DNA of 62,296 nucleotides from Candidatus Omnitrophota bacterium (GTDB lineage Bacteria; Omnitrophota; Gorgyraeia; VGKH01; JBHPFN01): NCBI GenBank assembly GCA_042571725.1, contig JBHPFN010000006.1, positions 1 to 62,296 of the forward strand, read 5' to 3'. Shown piece by piece: positions 8,100 to 16,100 of this stretch (position 1 is its first letter; each line of letters starts with the position of its first letter). The notes under the pieces were generated by a model. It saw only the letters and a program-made list of their open reading frames with translations, ran no database searches and was not told where the DNA came from. The position numbers and the translations under genes were made by a program.

Positions 8100-9506
8100 T
8101 TACCCCGCTTCTCTTTCTAAAATTTTCAGAAATACATCCACAATCCTAGGGTTAAACTGAGTGCCTTTATTCGCTTTGAGTTGCTCTATTGCAACCTCTT
8201 TGCCTAATCCCGCCCTATATGCCCTATCTGCGGTCATGGCATCATAGGCATCTGCTACCGAAAGTATTGCGGTTAACGTATTAATCTCCTCCCCACTTAA
8301 CTTATCAGGATATCCTTTTCCGTCATATCGCTCGTGATGACCTGTGACAATATCAAGCATTTCTTTGTTTATTAGAATAGGCTTTAGTATTTCGCCTCCT
8401 ATCACAGGATGCTGTTTAATAATATTCCATTCTTCTTCAGTAAGCTTTTCTTTTTTATTGAGGATGCTCTCTTTAATTCCTAACTTGCCGATATCGTGCA
8501 CTAGTGCCATTTCTCTAACGAGCTCAACTTTATCCAGCGTAAATCCCATCTTGGCAGCAATCTTTGATGAATGTTCAGCCACCTTCTCAGAGTGACCCTT
8601 GGTATAATGGTCCCTGGCTTCAATAATCAATACCAGCGACTGTAATACTCGGTAGAAATAAGTATAGAGCTTTTTCCTGGATATGCGTAGCTTCTCTGCC
8701 ATTTCATTGAATGACTTTGCCAATACGCTTATCTCATCATCGCCCTTGATCTCTACTCGATAACCAAGATCTCCATCAGCAATACGGCTGGATGCATCTA
8801 CCAATTTTTCTATCGGCTTAGAGATCCTCTGGGAAATCGCAAAAGCCACTATGAGCGAAAGAATAATGCCAATACCCAATACAAACAGCGCGCGTTTGTG
8901 TACCTCTTGTTGTGTTGAGTAGAGATTATCTGCGCTCACATCCACCCCGAGCATTGCAACAGCCTTTCCATTGTTGTCAAGAATAGGAGCGTATCCAGAT
9001 ATGGTAGCGCCCCATTCGTCAACCTCAAGTTGTGTATCTGCAGCCGGGCCGTCAAATGCCTTCATCATCTCAGGGAAACGTGAAGCATCGTATGTATCTC
9101 CCGGATAGGAAGTAATATCCTCTTCTAATTCTTCTTCATTAGGCAGATCCGGATCAACAATAAATTGCCACGTACCGGGTGTATCGGTCTTTTTCATCGT
9201 ATAGATAAAGGTAATCATAGGATCTATTACGCGGATCCTTTTTAGTTGCTCTTCAATGGTGATAAAGGGGACAGTGTTCCTTCCTCCTTGGTTAAGAGGG
9301 ACTTGTTGAATAGTTTCTGCATCAACAAAGAGTGCTGCAGTTTGGGCCATGAGCATCAATTCTTTTCTGATCTCACTAAATTGTGATTTGAGCGCAAAGG
9401 TATATACCAAATAATTGCTCAAAGCCCCAACAAAAAGCATTGAGAGGATCAAAACCAGCGTTACCTTAGTGCGGAATGTTCTAAACGAGATGTTGATTTT
9501 TTTCAT
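8100..9506 (-). CDS. membrane sensor with HAMP and HD-GYP domains (c-di-GMP phosphodiesterase family)
   Basis: Two TM helices flanking a ~170-aa periplasmic region; HAMP 'DEISVLAKSFNEMAEKL'; 'HDIGKLGI' and 'HHERYDGKGYP' motifs. Confidence 0.85.
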   Translation of the reverse strand: MKKINISFRTFRTKVTLVLILSMLFVGALSNYLVYTFALKSQFSEIRKELMLMAQTAALFVDAETIQQVPLNQGGRNTVPFITIEEQLKRIRVIDPMITFIYTMKKTDTPGTWQFIVDPDLPNEEELEEDITSYPGDTYDASRFPEMMKAFDGPAADTQLEVDEWGATISGYAPILDNNGKAVAMLGVDVSADNLYSTQQEVHKRALFVLGIGIILSLIVAFAISQRISKPIEKLVDASSRIADGDLGYRVEIKGDDEISVLAKSFNEMAEKLRISRKKLYTYFYRVLQSLVLIIEARDHYTKGHSEKVAEHSSKIAAKMGFTLDKVELVREMALVHDIGKLGIKESILNKKEKLTEEEWNIIKQHPVIGGEILKPILINKEMLDIVTGHHERYDGKGYPDKLSGEEINTLTAILSVADAYDAMTADRAYRAGLGKEVAIEQLKANKGTQFNPRIVDVFLKILEREAG

Positions 9507-9532
9507 GCAAAATGTTTTCTGGCGGCGTGCTC

Positions 9533-9787
9533 CTAGTTAGCAACTTTATAGACTGCGTCGTTTTCGTGGACCCTGCCGGCAACCTTTATCCCAACCGAGT
9601 CTCCTGCTTTAGCTTCTTCAATTTTATCATGCTCAATCTGCATAGAATCGACTTGCTGGGAAAAATCGTCACTGTGGCCCTTGATATGGATGGTCTCCCC
9701 GACCTTAAGGGTGTCAGTGAGCTCAATAATGCCGACGTTAATCCTGTTGAAGTAGTGCGAGATTTTACCTATTTGTCTCTCTTCCAT
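9533..9787 (-). CDS. small EF-Tu-domain-2-like beta-barrel protein
   Basis: 84 aa; 'GDSVGIKVAGRVHENDAVY' resembles translation-factor domain II; AAAGGAGGTG SD. Confidence 0.55.
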   Translation of the reverse strand: MEERQIGKISHYFNRINVGIIELTDTLKVGETIHIKGHSDDFSQQVDSMQIEHDKIEEAKAGDSVGIKVAGRVHENDAVYKVAN

Positions 9788-9815
9788 CTCCCACCTCCTT
9801 TTTGATAATAAAAAG

Positions 9816-9848
9816 GGGCGTCCGCCAAAGATTCATTGGCGGACGCCC
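9816..9848 (-). terminator. terminator-like hairpin inside the 5' leader of 9533-9787 (possible attenuator)
   Basis: Perfect 13-bp stem GGGCGTCCGCCAA/TTGGCGGACGCCC with a 7-nt loop. On the minus strand it is followed by CTTTTTATTAT and then the SD. Confidence 0.5.
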
Positions 9849-9908
9849 AAACTATTTATCCCAACCCATCATTTCTTCCCATAGGTTTGTTTTTATTTTG
9901 ATGATTCT

Positions 9909-9937
9909 ATTGTAACGTATGCAAAACAGTTCCGCAA
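9909..9937 (-). promoter_or_regulatory. sigma70-like promoter TTGCGG-17-TACAAT (minus strand)
   Basis: Reverse-complement hexamers at 9932-9937 and 9909-9914. Confidence 0.4.
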
Positions 9938-9939
9938 GG

Positions 9940-10019
9940 AAAAAATTGAGCCCAGCGCACTTCATTTGGACTATTTGCTCGCTGGGCTCTTCTCCGGTAT
10001 CAGTGGAGAAATCTTTATT
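9940..10019 (-). ncRNA. candidate ~80-nt small RNA defined by a promoter and a terminator
   Basis: Downstream of the consensus promoter at 10026-10054. Contains a 6-bp hairpin (TTCTCC/GGAGAA) and a 10-bp hairpin GAGCCCAGCG/CGCTGGGCTC followed by AATTTTTT. No ORF. Confidence 0.3.
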
Positions 10020-10025
10020 AATTTT

Positions 10026-10054
10026 ATTTTAGCAAGTTGTATACGCTGTGTCAA
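10026..10054 (-). promoter_or_regulatory. sigma70 consensus-like promoter TTGACA-17-TAAAAT (minus strand)
   Basis: Reverse complement of tgtcaa (10049-10054) and atttta (10026-10031). Confidence 0.45.
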
Positions 10055-10114
10055 AGGAAAAAACAGCAAACAAACTATCGCAACTTTTTCATTTTATGGT
10101 ATAATCCTAGAGAA

Positions 10115-10651
10115 ATGAATAACATAACTAACTTCATACAACTCCTTACGATAAAAGATTGGGCAATCATAAGCCTTGTAGCCGTTGTGTGCGTCTGCGT
10201 CTATGTGATCTTCAAGCTTACGCGATCCCTGGCCCTTGAGATCCGCAGGCACCGCATACCTGAGCTCATGCCTGAAATCGACCAGTATGACTTACGTCCA
10301 CGTATTAAAAACGTAGGAGCAATCACCGCCCGCGGCATTGCAATTCAAGACCTAACCATTACCCTTAAAGATTTTGGCTATGAAACAGACTTTATATTTA
10401 CCTTCAACCCTATCCCTGAGATTAAACCTAAGGAAGTAAAGCCTCTTGAGGCAAGGGTGTTTAAGGATGGCGAAGAATGCAGGGCTGAGTTTGCGGGAAA
10501 GATCACCGGCCATTTAGTATTTGCTGCGTTTACGCTCTTTGTTACCTATTGGAACCTCGAAGGGATTCAATTCAAGACCTCATTCACCAAAGCAAAAAGA
10601 GAATTCCGCTCCACCAAAATCGAACCGCTCTCACAAAAATCCAGACGTTGA
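10115..10651 (+). CDS. hypothetical membrane-anchored protein
   Basis: Start moved to ATG 10115 (MNNITNF...), which gives one N-terminal TM helix. The extended -10 TGgTATAAT ends 9 nt upstream. Confidence 0.5.
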   Translation: MNNITNFIQLLTIKDWAIISLVAVVCVCVYVIFKLTRSLALEIRRHRIPELMPEIDQYDLRPRIKNVGAITARGIAIQDLTITLKDFGYETDFIFTFNPIPEIKPKEVKPLEARVFKDGEECRAEFAGKITGHLVFAAFTLFVTYWNLEGIQFKTSFTKAKREFRSTKIEPLSQKSRR

Positions 10652-10698
10652 TTTTTTAAACTCCTACTCAACCCTTTCCGTTAACAGCCTAATAAAAA

Positions 10699-10724
10699 GG
10701 GGCAACTCAAAATTGAGTTGCCCC
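10699..10724. terminator. bidirectional intrinsic terminator between convergent genes
   Basis: GGGGCAACTCAA/TTGAGTTGCCCC stem flanked by A/T runs. Confidence 0.65.
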
Positions 10725-10747
10725 CTTCAAAAATATCTTTTTTTATA

Positions 10748-12148
10748 TTATTTTCTGAACTGTCGTGTGTTCTGTCTTTCCCTGTCTAACGTTACGGACT
10801 TTCGTCGCCTAATTGTTGGACCTGCGTTTAAAAGAATTTTTGCGGTATTCGGCGTAAGCGTCAAGGCGCCTCGTACCCTTTGTCCATCCAGATCCTTATA
10901 GCGCCTATTCAGTGGAATCTGATAAGTGCATGTTGGAGTTGGGTTGACCAACACCTTGCCCTCACTGAAATCTCTGGTATGAACACCCTTTTGATGCCAG
11001 GGCTTACACTCCTCATCATCATTAGCAGCGTTGGGTAAGATATAGTGCGTCCCAAGAGGATCGCCGATATCAAAAGAATAGATACGGTCTTCATAGTCAG
11101 GCTTCGAGTACCACCATACCGTATGCCAATACAATAAATTTTCTGAGGCATCTGGGTTGAGGCCCAAAAGAAAACTGCCCGCGCTATACTCCATCATCCG
11201 GTTTCTCCATACCTCATCTGGCACGCCGGGCTCATGCTGTGAAGAGCCGCTCATAGCCATTGTTATTTTACCTGTATGTTCGGGCCTGCCAAACCAATCT
11301 ACGTGTCTTTTCCATTCGTTGTATCCGTAAAACTGATCTGCCCCGCGTCCGTGAAAATGCCAGGTATGCTCTTTGGTTTCCCCTATAGGCGCGCCTGCCT
11401 CAAGCCCATCGAGCTCATACCCTGAATTAGAGATAAACGGTATATCCGGTAAAGAGGTCTGCAAGTCATTATATGCATCGTTGTAGAAATCATTGTATGA
11501 CTCGGCAGTATCATAATGGGGCGGGCAGCGGTCAATGCCATCTGGCTGATGACCTTCTGCGCACGATAAATTATGCCTGCCCCACAAAGTCCAGTCGTGC
11601 CCGCCAAAATCTCCGTCTTCAAAGATGCCGGTAATACCAGGTACCTGTTCGTAAAACAGTCTTTGATACCGATCTTTCATATATTCGCGGTATTCCAAGT
11701 TGTTGACATCCATCTTAAAAATATGCGGCCAGCGCGTATCATAAACACGGTGTATCATATCACCCTCAAACCCTACGTCAAAAAGGAACCATTCCGGATG
11801 GCTCTCAACATAATCTTGTTCGTAAAATGGAGCGGGATAAAAGTGCCTATCATGAAAAGGATAGTAAAAATAGAACTGCGTATCGGGACATTGATCCATA
11901 TTGGCCGCCTGATACCTTTGATTGATAAGCAAAAGCGGGAATTGACAATAGTGCTCAACCTCATCAGCTTCCCAGCGGTTAAACACGACGCCAAACGGAC
12001 AGACCGAGCGGCCTTCGCATTGCGGTAATTCTGGAATTACAGGCGGGAGTTGCTCTGCTTCAATTGCTATCTGATCGCCTAAAAGAACAATCGATAATAC
12101 CATAAGAAGCAAACTTGTTGCAATAAGATTCCGTGGCTTTCTGTTCAT
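10748..12148 (-). CDS. secreted hypothetical protein (possibly glycoside-hydrolase-like; unverified)
   Basis: 466 aa; N-terminal signal-like 'LIATSLLLMVLSIVLLG'; rich in W/Y/D/H; AAGGAGG SD. Confidence 0.65.
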   Translation of the reverse strand: MNRKPRNLIATSLLLMVLSIVLLGDQIAIEAEQLPPVIPELPQCEGRSVCPFGVVFNRWEADEVEHYCQFPLLLINQRYQAANMDQCPDTQFYFYYPFHDRHFYPAPFYEQDYVESHPEWFLFDVGFEGDMIHRVYDTRWPHIFKMDVNNLEYREYMKDRYQRLFYEQVPGITGIFEDGDFGGHDWTLWGRHNLSCAEGHQPDGIDRCPPHYDTAESYNDFYNDAYNDLQTSLPDIPFISNSGYELDGLEAGAPIGETKEHTWHFHGRGADQFYGYNEWKRHVDWFGRPEHTGKITMAMSGSSQHEPGVPDEVWRNRMMEYSAGSFLLGLNPDASENLLYWHTVWWYSKPDYEDRIYSFDIGDPLGTHYILPNAANDDEECKPWHQKGVHTRDFSEGKVLVNPTPTCTYQIPLNRRYKDLDGQRVRGALTLTPNTAKILLNAGPTIRRRKSVTLDRERQNTRQFRK

Positions 12149-12180
12149 CTTGCCTCCTTAATTAAAAAACAATGTTTGCT

Positions 12181-12226
12181 AAAAAATAAAAAAAACCGAG
12201 TTACCTTTATTTTTTCGGTAACTCGG
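12181..12226 (-). terminator. strong intrinsic terminator in the leader of 10748-12148 (likely riboswitch expression platform)
   Basis: CCGAGTTACC/GGTAACTCGG stem followed on the minus strand by TTTTTTTTATTTTTT, about 30 nt upstream of the SD. Confidence 0.7.
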
Positions 12227-12321
12227 CTGTCTATTGGCATAAGCCAGAACTAATCTCGACCGCAGTAATTTCGCACAACCCTGACCCTTGAGTTGTTATC
12301 GGTGTGCCTGCCAAAGTTTCA

Positions 12322-12428
12322 GTGTCAGGCGGCCCGGCGATCTTGGGTAATCCGTGGCTTTTCAATACTACCCTTAGATCCGTAGCTTTGCGTCTCTATC
12401 TTTCGATAGATTTGCCTTTTCGGAAAAG
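12322..12428 (-). promoter_or_regulatory. c-di-GMP-I (GEMM-I) riboswitch-like aptamer
   Basis: Minus-strand RNA reads AAAAGGCAAAUCUAUCGAAAGAUAGAGACGCAAAGCUACGGAUCUAAGGG...UACCCAAGAUCGCCGGGCCGCCUGA. This matches the remembered GEMM-I signature: GGCAAA, GNRA-capped hairpin, GACGCAAAGC, CUAAG receptor-like segment, GCCGGG..GCC. Confidence 0.65.
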
Positions 12429-12714
12429 AGTCTACTTCATAAAGAGCTAGTACAAGTATGACATACAAATTGAGGAAAACAAGGGGCGAAACATCCCTTT
12501 GAGAAAGCGGTTTCTGGAGGGAAAAACTTATAACATACAAGAACTGAATCTAGCCTTCAGCAAGAAACGAGTTGGTAAATTTTTTTAAAATTTAGGAGCT
12601 ACGGGAACTGCAACTGCTGCGGGACACTACTATCATAACTTTATAATACATATAAGGTATTTTAAAAAAGGTTTCATTTATTATTTATTATGAAGCTAGA
12701 AGCTAGTATATTTT

Positions 12715-13113
12715 TTATAAATCAATCCTTGAATCATACTTTCTTTTTTCAATTTTAAACAAGCTTCCATTTTTGAAATAGAGACCGAAGCATACATAAA
12801 CAGATCTTTCTATATACTCATCTTCTTCTTTTCCGTATCTATCTTGCCATGACTTCAAGATAACACTATAAGACCACTCTGCATCAGCCCCGTAATCTTC
12901 TGCGCTTTTTGTAGAAGCAGTAGACTCCGGAGCTCCCCATAAACTCAAGACTTCTTCTTTTGTCATACCAGTAGTAATCCTCGGTTTGCTTCTATCATTA
13001 TCTTTATATGCATAATTAATGCTTACAGGTACACCACCACCGATATGGTATAGCAAAGTACTACAGCCGTTCGATAAAACTGCTATGACAATTACAATTA
13101 AAAGTTTTTTCAT
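12715..13113 (-). CDS. lipoprotein with SmpA/OmlA (BamE-like) domain
   Basis: Lipobox 'LSNGC'; 'GMTKEEVLSLWGAPES' is typical of the BamE/SmpA_OmlA fold. Confidence 0.65.
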   Translation of the reverse strand: MKKLLIVIVIAVLSNGCSTLLYHIGGGVPVSINYAYKDNDRSKPRITTGMTKEEVLSLWGAPESTASTKSAEDYGADAEWSYSVILKSWQDRYGKEEDEYIERSVYVCFGLYFKNGSLFKIEKRKYDSRIDL

Positions 13114-13132
13114 GGTTTCATCTTCCTTTTAA

Positions 13133-16100
13133 TTATTCAAAGGCAGGTGCAAATCCCAAATATCCAGTTATCTCTCCTCCAGAACCATACACGACAGTAT
13201 TAATAGCATAATTACTGTTCTGGCGCAATGGATTATACCTAACATCAAAATGGTCATTGGCATAATTGGTTTTCATTTGCTTAAATGTCTGTGCGTTAAC
13301 TTTACTTCTTGTCCATCGCACTTGACGAGAGTATTTTGTCAGGTATTTTTTTGTATGCCTATAGGTGCCGCCTGCGCTTCCTTTGACCGTAGAAATTAAT
13401 CCTTTTGGAATAGAGTTAGGGTTGCTCCCCATTTCCCATCTACCATCAGGCCCTATTACAAACTTATGCCTTGCTCCAAAAAGCCAAGCAATAGGGTTGT
13501 TTACTGGACGAGAGCCAATAATAACTTCTCCTTCTTGTAAATTCGATGTATCCGGCGCGTACTTGCCGTTATCAGGGACTAAATTACCTAACCCATTACC
13601 TGCAGCGTACATTGCGCCACCCATTGCGCCTTCTTCAAAATCACCGCCAGCTATTTCAGATGAAACTCCACCTCCAACAATATTTCCTATTGGCCCTGCC
13701 ATTCCAAATGCTGCACCAACTCCCCCTGCTAAAGCTGCCATACCTATATCTCCTTCACCTATGCCAGTTCCGAATGCTCCTCCTGCAGCTCCACCCATAA
13801 ACAAACCTGACATTTCTCCCCAGAATCCACTTTTAAGTAATTCTCCAACTTGATTTCCTGCAAAACCACCAACTCCAAAGCCTACTAGGCTTGCCCCGAT
13901 GCCTATGCCTATCGCCCTTCCTACATTACCGCCATTCATACCAGCGGTAAAGCCTGAAGATATTATTGAATAGACAAATACTCCAGATCCTGGAAGAAAA
14001 ATATTAGAAACTGCACCAAGAATAGCACCAAATAACTGTCCAAAAAATTTCTTAAACCAACTATGTCCTGTTGGGTCAACGTTGTTTACTGGATTATTTC
14101 CACAATACGAATAACGGTTTAAAGTCTGAGGATTGCGAGGTTCCTGAACAATTGTATCTGGTGTCAGAAATCTGCCAATGAGCGGATTGTAGTATCTAGC
14201 ACCATAGTAGTATAAACCTGTTTCATCGTCAAGGGGCTTTCCTGTGAACTTGTATTTGGTGATATCCGAACCTTCTTTAACAACAATCTCTCCATAAGGC
14301 GCGTATTCGTAATGCACCGCCTCCTCTCCTATATCATCAGTTATCACGTCAGTTGATCCCTGATGGTTGGTATGAAAATAACATAGATTTCCATTAGTAA
14401 TTGAAGTGATTCTCTGTGAACCTAAGAATATGTGTTTGGTAGGCGTGTTGTTGGTCTTTTCATAGAGGCTGCCTACATAAATAGTTGGTGTCTCAATTAC
14501 CGTTGCTGCCTCTACTATTGGTGGATCTAATAATGAGGATAAGAATTCAAATACATATCTTAATGGTTGATTATTAAAAAACCGTCGACCGTAATGCTGC
14601 TGTTCTTCTTGCTGATAATATTCCTTGTTGTGTGCTAAGATTCCTCCTGCAAAGTAGGTATGGTAGGGATTGACCTCAAAATTATAGACCCTGGCATTCT
14701 CTGCTCTCTTCTGAATGCTTACAATCTCTACCCCTTTACCCTGATTGTCTTGCAGGGTATCTCCCAGGGCAAGCGCGCCGATTTCTACCCACCTACCATT
14801 AGAATAAACCGGGTGATTAGGCGTAACTCTCAGGTAATCATTAATAATCAGATAATTGCCTGCTTCATGCACAAAGGTCTCTTTTACAGTATCAGTGACA
14901 AGCTCCTTGGTCTTTTCATCGTAACTTACTACTTCGTCTCCGACTTTAATCTCTTCAATTGGCTTAGTGCTACCGTCTGCCATTGCAATAGGTGTGCGAG
15001 CTAAGAAACAGCCTCTTCCACCACCTTGATAAGTATATTTTGTTTTCTTAGTCCTTCCGCCGTCGCCGTCATATTCGAAGGTGGCTCTGGTTACATTGTT
15101 GAGCCTGACTTCTTTAAGACGATTCTCAGCGTCAAAGTCATACGTATAAACCCTACCATTTGATGTCTGCCAGGAAATCATATTGCCGTTATCATCATAC
15201 TCAAACACACTGCCGTCAGAACCGCTGGTAATTGCATGGGGTCCAACATCACCTTCTCCGTAGGAATAGGTAACGCCGTCTTTAAGTATCATATTGCCGA
15301 TTTCATCGTAAGCATAGGCCTTGCTGCCATAAACTCCATTAGCTGTCATGAGGCGGTTTAATTCGTCATAGGTAAAATTTTGAGAGTAAACAGAGTTTAA
15401 ATTATTAGTTATGGATAGAATATTTCCCGCAGAATCGTATTGATAGGATAAATCTTGGATAGACTGAAGTGCTGAATCAGTGGTGACGAGTTGTGTTAAT
15501 CGCAGGGTTAATGGATCGAAAGCGTAATCTGTCACAGTGCCGTTGCCGTATTCGATTTTTATAATCTGCCCTGCGGCATTATAGTCAACATTGGTAACAT
15601 AGGATTGCGTACTCGAAAAATAGGGTTCTACCGGTGGAATAAAATTAGACGTCCATCTGGCTATGTCTTTAGAAATTCTTATTTCATCCATCCAACCGTA
15701 ATAATAATGAGGGAATGCTGAACTGGCTGCTCCAATCCAAAGATCATTGGCCATATCACCCATGCTGCCAGTAAATGTCCCTCCCCAAGAAAACGGTTGT
15801 GCTGCCCCATTGACAAAAATATACGCCTGATCTACGCTCCTCACAAAGGCAATATGATACCACGCATCGGCTACAAAAGCCTGAGCCACTGTTTCGGTAT
15901 GAACAACCGTGGTTCCTTCAACGACACATATAATAGCAAGTTTATTACTATTGTTTGTTCCGTACATAAATACGTTGAAATAATTATTGTCGTCCTCATG
16001 TTGCGACAGAAGCATCGTAGTATTATCCAAGCTGCTAAACTTTACCCATACATCGATAGTAAAGTCTCCTCCGTCAAAATTCCAATCTTCGCTATCGGAA

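Noticed and set aside
9512-9805. 97-aa plus-strand ORF
   Set aside because: It is antisense to the 84-aa gene at 9533-9787, which has a strong SD and a recognisable fold motif. The plus-strand ORF has no SD or motif.
12325-12540. 71-aa minus-strand ORF in the long intergenic region
   Set aside because: It has no SD, a low-complexity junk-like sequence, and overlaps the GEMM-I-like aptamer. The region is better explained as structured RNA.
12227-12714. Possible RNase P RNA, tmRNA, SRP RNA or cobalamin riboswitch in the 566-nt intergenic region
   Set aside because: I looked on both strands for GAGGAAAGUCC/ACAGAACCCGGCUUA (RNase P), a tRNA-like UCCACCA 3' end (tmRNA), GGUCCGGAAGGAAGCAGCC (SRP) and the B12 box. 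None is present. Only the GEMM-I signature fits.
13365-13853. 162-aa Pro/Ala-rich ORF and other plus-strand ORFs (13546-13800, 14660-15004, 15797-16108, 16174-16506, 18046-18402, 19301-19528, 19850-20035) inside the RHS gene
   Set aside because: These are antisense shadows of a 7.4-kb ORF with clear domain content. The P/A-rich translation is simply the reverse frame of the Gly-rich (GGN) region.
14627-15010. Canonical splicing mini-intein
   Set aside because: Blocks A, B and G are present, but the +1 residue after the terminal HN is Lys rather than Cys, Ser or Thr. A cleaving BIL/PT-HINT-type domain is the more defensible call.
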